A DNA stretch of 64,000 nt. It comes from Anaeromyxobacteraceae bacterium (GTDB lineage Bacteria; Myxococcota; Myxococcia; Myxococcales; Anaeromyxobacteraceae). Below the pieces are notes generated by a model. That model was not told the origin of the DNA. It saw only the letters and a list, made by a program, of their open reading frames with translations, and searched no databases. The DNA lies in assembly GCA_032654565.1 (NCBI GenBank), contig JAULAX010000015.1, positions 608,001 through 672,000 on the forward strand, written 5' to 3'. Shown here in pieces: positions 8,718 through 18,035 of the stretch; the first letter of the stretch is position 1; every line of letters starts with the position of its first letter. The translations under genes were made by a program, and so were the position numbers.

Positions 8718-11556
8718 CCCCGACCTCGTTGCTCGTGCTGTGGCTCAGATCCGCAAGAGCGCGGCGAACGCCGAGTATTTCTTCGAGAACCTGTCATCAC
8801 CAGAGTGGCTGGAGCCCCTCAAGAGCGCTGGGTTCTTCTCGGAGCCGCCGCCGCCTGTTCCCGAGGGGGAGTACATCTCGTTCCCCGGCTGGCCTGAGTC
8901 CAGGTACCTGGCGCGCATGGCTGCGCTCGAGTCGGCGGCGAAGACTGTGTTCTCCATCGCCTCAAAGATCCCGTTGACCAAGAATGTTCGCGTCTTCCAC
9001 GACCTGGCCGAGATAGCGCTCGCGTTGCCACCCGACTTGGGAGCTCAGTTTGTCCCTGCCGCAAAGGCGTGGATAAATTCGCCGTATCAACTGCTGATAC
9101 CGGAGCAGCTCGGGAAGCTCGTTCAGCGGCTCGCCAATGGCGGCAAAGTCGGAGCGGCACTCGACCTTGCGAAGTCCCTGCTCGAACTCCAGCCGGAATC
9201 GCAAGTAGGAACCGGTACGAATGCCGGAGGTAGCCGCGACGTCCGCGCGCACTTCGACGAGTGGCACTACGAAAAGATCCTCAGGGAGTACGTCCCGGCC
9301 CTGGTAGAGGCTGGCGGTGAACGTGCCCTCTCGATGCTCTGCGATTTGCTGAACGCAGCCCTGGAACTCTCGAACCCGAATCAGGACGCGGGCCACAAGG
9401 AGGATCACTCGTGGATCTGGCGTCCCGCGATCGAAGACCACACCCAGAACTCCGGGCAATCCGTTAAGGACGCGCTTGTCGCTGGTGTGCGGGACGCTGC
9501 TGAACAGGTGGTTCGACACGACTTGACTGTCCTCGCCCGCTTGGTCGCGGAGCTAGAGGCGCGCGGGTGGACTGTGTTTCGGAGGATCGCGTTGCATCTC
9601 GCCGCCACGTTCGCGGTGCCTTCGACGGAGGTGGCAGAGGCGAGACTTACGGACCGAGCTCTGTTCGAAGACATTTCAGTGCGCCACGAATTCTACAACC
9701 TGGCTCGCGCGGCCTTTGCCAACATCCCAGCGTCGTCGCAAGGGACCGTGCTGTCCTACATCGAGCAGGGCCCCGACATGGAGGCCGCGGAGCGGTGGCT
9801 GAAGGATGCCCTGCGCCGGAAGCCCACCAGCGAGGAGCTCGTCCGCTTCAAGCGGACATGGCAGCTAGAGCGCCTTTCGCCATTGAGGGACGCGCTGTCT
9901 CCGCCTTGGTCGGATCGCTACCAGCAGTGGACTACCGAATTTGGTGCGCCAGAACATCCCAGTTTCGCCGCCTATCATTCGTCCGGATGGGTCGGCGCCA
10001 GCAGCCCGAAGTCCGCAGACGAGTTGCGATCGCTCGGTATCGAAGCGCTGGTGCGGTTCCTGAGTACCTGGGAGCCGTCCGGGAGGTGGGGCGGGCCTTC
10101 GCGAGAGGGGCTTGCAAACGAGCTGAAGGTACTCGTCGCGTCAGACCCCGCCGTATACGCCCTAGGCGCGATGCAGTTCGAGTCGGCGCGACCGATCTTT
10201 CTACGGGCTCTCGTATCCGGACTTCAGACTGCTACTGGTCAGGGGAGGCAATTTGCGTGGGCCTCGGTTCTTGAGCTGCTCGCCCTTATCGTCCAGCGGG
10301 AGGTCGGGACTCGCTCCAAGCCCGATGGCTTCCCGGAAGAGGACCCAGATCTGGGCTGGACACGAAAGGCGATCGCCGACTTCATTTCTGGCGCGCTCGC
10401 CCACGAGGAGCGGTCACCGCCGGACTCGATGCGAACCGAAGTCTGGAAGGTTCTGAGTCCGCTTGCCGAGGACCCGGACCCGACAACTGAGGACGAGGAG
10501 CGATACGGGCCACCAAACATGGACCCCTTCACGATGTCGCTCAACACGACTCGGGGGCAGGCCCTTCACGGCGTGGTGAATTACGCTGAATGGCAATATC
10601 GCCACTCGGCTGCTGAGCATGGTCATGACCGTCGGTGGCTGACCCAGTGCGTCGAGGCCCGTCAGGTCCTCGAGCAGCATCTGGAGCCAGCTCATGACCC
10701 GTCGAGCGCCGTGAGGGCCGTATACGGCCAGCGGCTCCCCACCCTGGCCTATCTAGACATCGAATGGGTAAGAGCGCATCTGGGGGCGATCTTCCCTGGC
10801 GAAACTGAGCATCGGAAACTTCGGGACGCGGCGTGGGATGCTCTCGTCGTGTTCTGCGCCCCACAGACTGCACTGCTGCCTCTTCTTCGAGACGAATACG
10901 CACATGCCGTGGGCTCGCTAGAGTCTCGCTCTGAACGGAAGCATGGGCGCGACCCAGTCGAGCGCTTGGCGGAACACCTGATGACGCTCTATTGGTGGGG
11001 GGACGTCGACCTGGCCGTCGACAGCCTTGTGAGCCGCTTCTTCTCGTTGGCGACGGACGACCTACGCGAACACGCGATGGACTTCATTGGGCTAAGCCTC
11101 TGCGGCCCGGAGACGCCGCCTTCGGAAGTTCTCCGCCGCCTACAGCTCCTTTGGGAGGCTCGGTTCGACGTCGCGAAGGCGCGCCCAGAGTCTCACATCG
11201 AGGAACTGTCTGGATTCGGGTGGTGGTTCGCGTCAGGCCGGTTCGACTACGAGTGGGCACTCAGGCAGCTGCGAGCGGTGGTGCAACTCACGCGGAAGAT
11301 CGAGCCCGCCCACAAGGTCATCGAGCGCCTTGCGGACTGCGTTAACATGCAACCACTGGGGTCGCTGCTAGCCTTCGAGGAAATCGTCGAGGCAGACAAG
11401 CAGGGTTGGCTTGTGTCACTTGCCCGGGAAGACGCGGAACGGCTTCTCAGAGCCGCGCTTGCACGCGACGAGTCGCGTGCAAGCGCGGTCGACGTCCTGC
11501 ACCGGCTCGGGGCGAAGGGCCATTCCGAGTTCCGTAACCTCCTGCGACCGCCGTGA
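8710..11556 (+). CDS. Large (948 aa) Trp-rich alpha-helical protein of unknown function
   Basis: Long ORF; YFFENLSSPEWLEPL..GFF..PP...WPESRYLARMA, SLNTTRGQALH; no Walker A motif and no TM segments seen. Confidence 0.85.
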   Translation: MVSPDLVARAVAQIRKSAANAEYFFENLSSPEWLEPLKSAGFFSEPPPPVPEGEYISFPGWPESRYLARMAALESAAKTVFSIASKIPLTKNVRVFHDLAEIALALPPDLGAQFVPAAKAWINSPYQLLIPEQLGKLVQRLANGGKVGAALDLAKSLLELQPESQVGTGTNAGGSRDVRAHFDEWHYEKILREYVPALVEAGGERALSMLCDLLNAALELSNPNQDAGHKEDHSWIWRPAIEDHTQNSGQSVKDALVAGVRDAAEQVVRHDLTVLARLVAELEARGWTVFRRIALHLAATFAVPSTEVAEARLTDRALFEDISVRHEFYNLARAAFANIPASSQGTVLSYIEQGPDMEAAERWLKDALRRKPTSEELVRFKRTWQLERLSPLRDALSPPWSDRYQQWTTEFGAPEHPSFAAYHSSGWVGASSPKSADELRSLGIEALVRFLSTWEPSGRWGGPSREGLANELKVLVASDPAVYALGAMQFESARPIFLRALVSGLQTATGQGRQFAWASVLELLALIVQREVGTRSKPDGFPEEDPDLGWTRKAIADFISGALAHEERSPPDSMRTEVWKVLSPLAEDPDPTTEDEERYGPPNMDPFTMSLNTTRGQALHGVVNYAEWQYRHSAAEHGHDRRWLTQCVEARQVLEQHLEPAHDPSSAVRAVYGQRLPTLAYLDIEWVRAHLGAIFPGETEHRKLRDAAWDALVVFCAPQTALLPLLRDEYAHAVGSLESRSERKHGRDPVERLAEHLMTLYWWGDVDLAVDSLVSRFFSLATDDLREHAMDFIGLSLCGPETPPSEVLRRLQLLWEARFDVAKARPESHIEELSGFGWWFASGRFDYEWALRQLRAVVQLTRKIEPAHKVIERLADCVNMQPLGSLLAFEEIVEADKQGWLVSLAREDAERLLRAALARDESRASAVDVLHRLGAKGHSEFRNLLRPP

Positions 11557-11689
11557 TGAGTCGGGCACTTGAGAGGGCCTCGGGTTTCGTGGACACCTGA
11601 TGAGGGGTATTCAGTGTCCGACAAAGCCGAAGGGAACAGGCGGCCGCATCGCCGCATCGTTAAGCAGTTGGAGAAGACCCGATGACGAA

Positions 11690-12440
11690 TCAGGGGCTCG
11701 GCTTCTTGAACTGCCGCGACCGCGGCTTGCCTCCTTGAGTCTTCGCCTCGGCCGCACCTCTCGTGTCGGAGGCCGCCGGCTTCTTGGACTGGGGGGGTGC
11801 CACGGGCGCGGGCGAAGGCGCGGACCTGTTGTCTATGCTTCTGCCGAGCACCTTCATCCAGTCCGATGGGGACGGCGTGAAGAGAAGATTCCCCATCACG
11901 GACGGGCTTGGTGTCGAGGGGAGGCTTAGCGACGATGATGGCGAAGTGAATAGGCCACTAAGCATCGATCCTGAGGGCGTAGCCAGAAGTTCTTCGGAAG
12001 AGACAGGACTGTCGAAAATGGAATCTGTTCCAGGGAGAGAGCCAGTGAGAAGGTTGGTGCGCTGTTGCTTCCACCACGACAGATTGGTGGTCTTTTCCTT
12101 GAGCGCGGTGCGCAATCCCGCCTTGGAAGCCTCCCTTGCTTGCGCCAACTCGCCCTTTGTCTTCTCAATCTCTCGCTGTTGATCGGCGATCGTTCTGTTC
12201 CTCGCCTCAAGTTCGTCGATGATGCTTCGCGTGGCCCCGATCCCGTTCAGGATTTGCGTCTGCTCGGCGGAGGGCAGCTGGCCGATGACCTCTGCGAACC
12301 GGCTGACGACAGTTTCGAGGTGCGCCTGCCGGAACAGAAACGTAGCGGCGAGTTCATTCAGCAACTTGCGCTGAAGCGTTCGCTTCAAATCTATGACCTC
12401 AACAAACTGTCGGTCTCCAGCCACAAGGGACCGGCGTTGG
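11690..12440 (-). pseudogene. 5'-truncated gene (coiled-coil plus low-complexity tail) abutting the IS21 left end
   Basis: Frame stays open right up to and into the IS; no matching N-terminal half on the other side of the IS. Confidence 0.55.
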
Positions 12441-12658
12441 CGGAAATCGCCAGCCTCATGGGGCCACCCTCTCGCCAGGCACATGGGACCACCCCACGGG
12501 GTGAGGCGGTCCTGAATGTTCAGGGTCATGGGGCCAGGCGCTGTTCAGGGTCATGGGACCACCCCGTGAGCCTGGCGGCGTAGGGCCCCGCGTGCAGCGA
12601 CCGAAGGCAGTCAACGTCGTCCCCTCCCGGCACCCTGGGGTGAGCCAGGAGGGCGACG

Positions 12659-14227
12659 ATGAGCTTTCGGGAGTTGACGATGGTGGACGTGAGGGAGTTG
12701 CTGCGCCGGTTCCAGGCCGGCGAGGCCGTGCGGCGCTCGGCGCGGGAGTGCGGCGCGGATCGCAAGACGGTGAAGCGGTACTACGAGGCGGCCAGGCTGT
12801 GCGGCGTCCGCGCCGGCGTCGAGCTGACCGACGAGCTGGTGGGCGAGGTCGGCCGGCGGGTCCAGGCCCGGCCAGCGCCGGCGCCGTCGGACGCCTGGCG
12901 GGCGCTGGTGCCGGTCCGCGACCGGATCGAGGCGTGGCTCCAGGCCGAGCGGCCGCTGCGGCTGGTCCGGATCCGCGAGCTCCTGGCGCGAGAGGGCATC
13001 GCGGTCTCGTACAGCACGCTGCGGCGGTACGCGCAGCGGGAGTTCGGGTTCGGCGGCCCCCGCGTCACCGTGCGGCTCGCTGACACGCCGCCCGGCGAGG
13101 AGGCGCAGGTCGACTTCGGGCACGTGGGCTGGCTCACCGACGTCACCGGCCAGCGGCGCAAGCTCTGGGCGCTCATCGTGACGCTGAGTTACAGCCGGCA
13201 CATGTTCGTCTGGCCGACCCTGACGCAGACGGTGGTCGACGTGTGCGAGGGGCTCGACGAGGCGTGGCGCTTCTTCGGCGGCGTCGCGCGGCGGGTGGTC
13301 CTCGACAACGCCTCCTCGATGGTGACCGTGCCCAACGCCCAGGCGCCGGTGCTGCAGCGCTCCTTCCGCGAGTACGCGCAGGCCCGGGGGATCCTCGCCG
13401 ACCCGGCTCGGGTGCGGCGGCCGCAGGACAAGGGCCGCGTCGAGAACGCCGTCCCCTACGTGCGCGAGCGCTGGGCCGACGGCGAGCGGTTCCTCGACCT
13501 CGCCGCCTCTCGCCGATCGGCAGCGGCCTGGTGCCGCGACATCGCCGGCCAGCGCGTCCACGGCACCACCCGCGCGGTGCCCTTCACCGTGTTCGAGGCC
13601 GAGGAGAAGGCACTCCTCCTGCCGCCGCCGCTGGAGCGCTTCGACGTCCCGACGTGGGGCCTGGCCAAGGTGCACCCCGATCACCACCTGCAGGTGGCGC
13701 GCAGCCTCTACTCGGTGCCGACCGCCTACATCGGCCGGCAGCTCGACTACCGGCTCGACTCGAAGACCGTGCGCTTCTACGGCGGCCTCGAACTGGTGAA
13801 GGTGCACGCCCGCGTCGCGCCGGGCAAGCGCTCCACCGACCCGGCCGACTACCCGCGCACCCGGACCGCATACGCCCTGCGCAGCGTCGACGCCCTGGTG
13901 GCGGCCGCGCAGGAGCGGGGGCCGTCCATCGGCGCCTTCGCCCAGAAGCTCCTCGGCGGGCCGCTGCCGTGGTCGAAGATGCGCCAGGCCCAGGCGCTGG
14001 TGCGGCTGTGCGACCGGTACGGCGCTGAGCGGGTGGAGGCGGCCTGCCAGCGGGCCATCGGCTTCGAGGTGTACGACGTCCCGCGCATCGAGCGGCTGCT
14101 CAAGCTCGCGCGGACCTGCGAGGCCGACGGCGAGGCGGCCGGCAAGGTCGTGCAGCTCCCGGGCCGCTTCGCCCGGGCGCCGGAGCTCTTCGCCACCCGC
14201 CGGCCGACCGACGGGGGTGCGCCGTGA
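12659..14227 (+). CDS. istA: IS21 transposase IstA
   Basis: N-terminal HTH; PGEEAQVDFG, LDN, PQDKGRVE (DDE), RVHGTT, YSVP motifs. Confidence 0.95.
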   Translation: MSFRELTMVDVRELLRRFQAGEAVRRSARECGADRKTVKRYYEAARLCGVRAGVELTDELVGEVGRRVQARPAPAPSDAWRALVPVRDRIEAWLQAERPLRLVRIRELLAREGIAVSYSTLRRYAQREFGFGGPRVTVRLADTPPGEEAQVDFGHVGWLTDVTGQRRKLWALIVTLSYSRHMFVWPTLTQTVVDVCEGLDEAWRFFGGVARRVVLDNASSMVTVPNAQAPVLQRSFREYAQARGILADPARVRRPQDKGRVENAVPYVRERWADGERFLDLAASRRSAAAWCRDIAGQRVHGTTRAVPFTVFEAEEKALLLPPPLERFDVPTWGLAKVHPDHHLQVARSLYSVPTAYIGRQLDYRLDSKTVRFYGGLELVKVHARVAPGKRSTDPADYPRTRTAYALRSVDALVAAAQERGPSIGAFAQKLLGGPLPWSKMRQAQALVRLCDRYGAERVEAACQRAIGFEVYDVPRIERLLKLARTCEADGEAAGKVVQLPGRFARAPELFATRRPTDGGAP

Positions 14228-15045
14228 AGGCCCGGACCGTGGCTCCGGAGCTCGCCGCCGCCCTCAAGCGCCTGCGCCTCGGCGGCATCCTCCCGACGCT
14301 GCCCGAGCGCATCGCGCTCGCCGAGAAGGACGAGACGCCCTTCGACGACCTCTTGCTCATGCTGCTCGTGGACGAGATCGAGCGACGGCGCAGCTCGGCC
14401 GCTCGCAACCGCGCCGCCGACGCCGGGCTCGATCCCGACATGGTGGTGGAGCGCTGGGACAAGACGGCCAAGGTTCACTTCGACAAGCGCGTCTTCCAGG
14501 AGCTGTGCAGCCTGCGCTTCGCCGACGACGCGCGGAACGTGGTCATCCTCGGCCCCGTTGGAGTCGGCAAGACCTACCTCGCCAGCGCCCTTGGCCACCT
14601 CGCCTGCAAGAGCGGCTACAACGTGCGCTTCCACCGGGCCGATGCGCTGCTGCGCCTGCTGCGACAGAGCCGCCTCGACAACTCCCGCGACGGCCTCATG
14701 GCCGAGCTGATCGCCGTCGACCTGCTCGTCATCGACGACTTCGCCCTCGAGTCCATGACCCGCGAGGAGAGCCGCGACGTCTACCAGCTCTTCGTCGAGC
14801 GCACCGGCCGAGCCGCCACCGTGGTCACGAGCAACCGCGACACCGCCGAGTGGCTCACGACCTTCGACGACGCCCTGCTCGCCCAGAGCGCCATCGACCG
14901 CTTCCAGAACGCCGCCTACGACCTCGTCATCGAGGGCGAGTCCTACCGGTCGCGGCAGAAGCCCACCGTCGACAAGGCCGGGCCGCCGCCCGAGCGCCCC
15001 GTCGAGAAGCGCCCCGTCCACCCCCGGCAGAAGCGGCGGCGGTAG
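14224..15045 (+). CDS. istB: IS21 helper ATPase IstB
   Basis: GPVGVGKT Walker A, LLVIDD Walker B, TSNR, AIDRF; GTGA overlap with istA. Confidence 0.95.
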   Translation: MKARTVAPELAAALKRLRLGGILPTLPERIALAEKDETPFDDLLLMLLVDEIERRRSSAARNRAADAGLDPDMVVERWDKTAKVHFDKRVFQELCSLRFADDARNVVILGPVGVGKTYLASALGHLACKSGYNVRFHRADALLRLLRQSRLDNSRDGLMAELIAVDLLVIDDFALESMTREESRDVYQLFVERTGRAATVVTSNRDTAEWLTTFDDALLAQSAIDRFQNAAYDLVIEGESYRSRQKPTVDKAGPPPERPVEKRPVHPRQKRRR

Positions 15046-15180
15046 GGCTCGACGCGAGCGGCCGATTCATGCGATCTGGAAGGCGGTCGCTCGCGTCTCA
15101 CCCTGGTCCCATGTGCTTGGCGACGGGTGGTCCCATGAGCCTGGCGAGTGACACTATCGAGCGCTGATGGCCTACGTCGC

Positions 15181-16101
15181 CTACGGCGTCTGGCGCCTCG
15201 GGAGGTCGGGGATGCTTCCGCGCGTGCCGTCCTCCCTTTTCCAGAAGACCTGCTCAGAGGAGGAGAAGACGAAATGTTCGGCTCCACCGATCGTGAGCCC
15301 GTTCACGAGTTCCGCAAATCGAGCATCCGCGTGAATCACTAGGCGCTCCGGCTCATATACCGACCCGACAAGAGCCATCCGTCGGGAAATTGCGGCAACG
15401 GCAGAGACACCGAAGGAAGCTGCGCTCCGGAAGGACACTGGATTGTCCGACGACACGAAATCTGGAGCGTTCGCGGAGAGTACGGCCACCGTCCAGTACA
15501 GTTGAGCGATTCCATTAAGCACGGTCTCGAAGCCCGAGAGCATGTGAGCAATCGACCACGTTTGGTCGATCTCGATTCGCATTTCTTCCTCGAAGAACTT
15601 CAACATTGCTGCGTCGTACTCCTCCGGCGTCGGATCGACGCCCGCCGGGAGGTGCCCGAAAACTCTTGAGTGAATGATTGGGGGTGGCTTGGGCAGCTTC
15701 GGCAGCACTTTCGGGAACGTGGATCTTACGAGGCGTTCGGACGCGGACTCTACTCGTCGGCGCGACGTTGGAACTCGGATCACTAGCGACGCGAGAAGCG
15801 GAAGGATCTCGGAAGCGGCCTCGTCGAGTGGCGGCGGCTCTTCTGTTCCGATGAGCCTGCGTAGAGCCGGGGCCGCGGCGTCCTCGATATCCTGGAACGC
15901 CTTCTCAACATCCAATGGGTCGTAGCCTTGGAGGTCAATCCTGTAGAAGTCTCTCTGGTGCCCTGCTCCGTTCGGATCGGACCACCAGCGCCTTCCCGTT
16001 CTAAGGTCGCAGACTAGAAGGCGCCCTTCTTTGGTGCCTTCGTTCGTAAAACCCGCGAGAAAGAACCGGGGCACGTAATGGTGCCTCCGCGCGCCAGCCA
16101 A
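15181..16101 (-). CDS. DUF4238 domain protein
   Basis: HHYVPRFFLAGF, RDFY, VEKAFQDIE, FVSSDNPV; TTG start after GGAGGT. Confidence 0.88.
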   Translation of the reverse strand: MAGARRHHYVPRFFLAGFTNEGTKEGRLLVCDLRTGRRWWSDPNGAGHQRDFYRIDLQGYDPLDVEKAFQDIEDAAAPALRRLIGTEEPPPLDEAASEILPLLASLVIRVPTSRRRVESASERLVRSTFPKVLPKLPKPPPIIHSRVFGHLPAGVDPTPEEYDAAMLKFFEEEMRIEIDQTWSIAHMLSGFETVLNGIAQLYWTVAVLSANAPDFVSSDNPVSFRSAASFGVSAVAAISRRMALVGSVYEPERLVIHADARFAELVNGLTIGGAEHFVFSSSEQVFWKREDGTRGSIPDLPRRQTP

Positions 16102-16267
16102 TAGACACCTCCATTCGACGAATACACGCCTCGTCGGCAGGCGGTCCTGGCAGGACCTATAGGCATGATTACAAGGCAGCTGTCAGGCTCACGCTGCAAG
16201 GCCCCAGCAAGCATCTCTCATCCATAGCTTCGTAGTCTGACGGGGAGTTACCCGGCTGCACGACACA

Positions 16268-16558
16268 CTAAACGGCCCGCACGGCCTCACCGAAGACGCG
16301 ATCCCGGTGCTCGGGCCGGATCATCCCGGGCGTCGCTAGGTCGACGTGGCAGCCGAGGAGTTGTTCGAGCTCGCGCTGGACGCGGGCCAGGCCGAGGTAG
16401 CCGACGGGCGGGTCGAACTCGGCGATGAGGTCGAGGTCGCTATCGGACCGGGCCTCGTCACGCGCGACGGAACCGATGACCAGGAGCGAGGTGATGCCGA
16501 GCCGCTGCAGCTCGTCCCTGTGCGAGGCGAAGAACTCGATGGCTTCAGCTCGGCGCAC
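16268..16558 (-). CDS. Minimal nucleotidyltransferase (MNT/MntA-like antitoxin), no adjacent HEPN partner
   Basis: GSVARDEARSDSDLDL (GSx10DxD) and LEQLLGCHVDL; 96 aa from GTG. Confidence 0.88.
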   Translation of the reverse strand: MRRAEAIEFFASHRDELQRLGITSLLVIGSVARDEARSDSDLDLIAEFDPPVGYLGLARVQRELEQLLGCHVDLATPGMIRPEHRDRVFGEAVRAV

Positions 16559-16656
16559 GCCCAGATTGTAGGCCTCGAGTCGGGCAGCTGGAAGCGCCGC
16601 CCGTCCGGCGCGTCCACTCGCGAGGTGGGACTCTCTCCACGTGGGATAGGGACCGG

Positions 16657-16729
16657 TTCGCCGAAAAGGTGGCTGCTGGTCCGCGCGGACCAACCCCACG
16701 AAATCCGGGGATTGGGCCTTCTGGCCCAC
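16657..16729 (+). repeat. 73-bp direct repeat, copy 1 (contains TGGTCCGCGCGGACCA)
   Basis: 63/73 identical, ungapped, to 17919-17991. Confidence 0.9.
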
Positions 16730-16782
16730 CGCGAGTCACATCTCCACTGCCTTTCCGGACAGGCAGGTATACTGGCTGCACC

Positions 16783-17871
16783 TTGGGCAGCCTCAAGCAG
16801 ACTGGCGAAACAGCGCGGAGGAGACGCCTTCTCGACGCTGTACGCGCCTGCGCTGAGCGCGACGGTGCGGTGCCGGGCATCCGTCAGTTCGTGCAGCAGA
16901 CCGGTGAGAAGCCTCATGTCTGGGCCGGCAACCTGTGGCCATCGTGGAGAGCCTTCCTCGATGAAGCGGGCCTCGCGTCCGGCGAGATGACGCAGGCCGT
17001 GCCCGAGGACGATATGTTGGCCTGTCTCGCGGAGCTGACTCGCGAGCATGGTCGGTTTCCGTTGTTCGCTGAGCTCAGGTTTGCCCACACGAAGAGGCCT
17101 GCCGTCCCAACCGAGAAGACCTTTCGGCGGCGGTTCGGCGGCCAGCAAGGGATGATCGACCGGCTCCGAGAGTGGGTCACCGGCAAGTCAGAATTCGCTG
17201 ATATTCTGAAGGTCCTGGAGACCGTCGGTGAATCCAAGCCGAAACGCATCCGCAGCGGATCCGCCGAAGAGCAAGCGGGCGCTCCGTCGATGCTCGGTGG
17301 CAGTTTCATTCCACCGGTAGTCGACTGCCTTCCTGCGCTCGCTGCGGGCGACGCCGAAATAGAACGTCAGTGCATTGCCGGTGGAGTCGAGCTAGCCGTT
17401 GAGTTCGAGAAGCGAGTCGCGTTCGCCCTTCAGATGCTCGGTCTCGAAGTGAGTGTCTTGGGACAAGGTGCTGGTCGCGTGGCCGATGGCATCGCGCGGT
17501 GCCGTTCCGGAAGATGGGCCCTGGTGTACGACGCGAAGGTGCGTCGTGCCGGGTTCTCTATGGGAACGGAGGACCGGAAGTTTCGCGAGTACATCGAGCT
17601 CCACGGTAGGGACCTTGAACGCGACGGTATCGACAACCTCTATTTCGCCGTTGTCAGCAGTTCGTTTGCGGAGAGCGATCTCCAGAAAGCGCGCGAGGTC
17701 GTGAGGCGCACCAAGGCCAAGGCGTTCGTCCTTCTCGAAGCGAGTGCCCTACGTGCCCTGGTCGAGGTGCGGTTGCGAACACGGCGCCTCGAAGACGCGG
17801 CGGTTCTTGAACGCTTCTTCACATCCACGAAAACCGTGGGACTGTCCGACGTCAAGAGCCTCCTGCTCTAA
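16783..17871 (+). CDS. Nuclease: two N-terminal helical repeats (homing-endonuclease-associated-repeat-like) fused to a FokI-like PD-(D/E)xK domain
   Basis: FEKRV...LGQGAGRVADGI...LVYDAK...FSMGTEDRKFREYI...FAVVSSSF parallels FokI LEMKV...LGGSRKPDGAI...IVDTKAY..GYNL...MQRYV...FLFVSGHF; TTG start inferred. Confidence 0.72.
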   Translation: MGSLKQTGETARRRRLLDAVRACAERDGAVPGIRQFVQQTGEKPHVWAGNLWPSWRAFLDEAGLASGEMTQAVPEDDMLACLAELTREHGRFPLFAELRFAHTKRPAVPTEKTFRRRFGGQQGMIDRLREWVTGKSEFADILKVLETVGESKPKRIRSGSAEEQAGAPSMLGGSFIPPVVDCLPALAAGDAEIERQCIAGGVELAVEFEKRVAFALQMLGLEVSVLGQGAGRVADGIARCRSGRWALVYDAKVRRAGFSMGTEDRKFREYIELHGRDLERDGIDNLYFAVVSSSFAESDLQKAREVVRRTKAKAFVLLEASALRALVEVRLRTRRLEDAAVLERFFTSTKTVGLSDVKSLLL

Positions 17872-17892
17872 GAGCCGCGCGGCGGTGCCTGC

Positions 17893-18035
17893 TGGTCCAC
17901 GTGGACCACGGACGGCGCTTCGCCGGAAAAGTGCCCGCTGGTCCGTGCGGACCAACCTCACGAAATCCGCGAAATGGGCCTTCTGGTCCACGTGGACCAG
18001 GTCGACGAAAACAGCCTCCTGGTCCGCGCGGACCA
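17893..18035. repeat. Array of four 16-bp palindromes TGGTCCRYRYGGACCA
   Basis: Units at 17893, 17939, 17984 and 18020 with cores ACGT, GTGC, ACGT, GCGC; gaps of 30, 29 and 20 nt. Confidence 0.92.

Larger units (their letters stand above)
12441..15153 (+). mobile_element. IS21-family insertion sequence
   Basis: istA/istB pair; CATGGG(A/G)CCA repeats at 12457, 12482, 12527, 12552 and inverted at 15104, 15128; right end ...GAGTGACA; left terminus imperfect. Confidence 0.92.

Noticed and set aside
17893..18035. CRISPR array
   Set aside because: Repeats are only 16 bp with variable cores, gaps are uneven (30/29/20 nt), spacer sequence is duplicated upstream, and there are no cas genes
12457..18035. 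Shared TGGTCC between IS21 terminal repeats and the palindrome array
   Set aside because: Only 6 bp in GC-rich DNA; contexts differ
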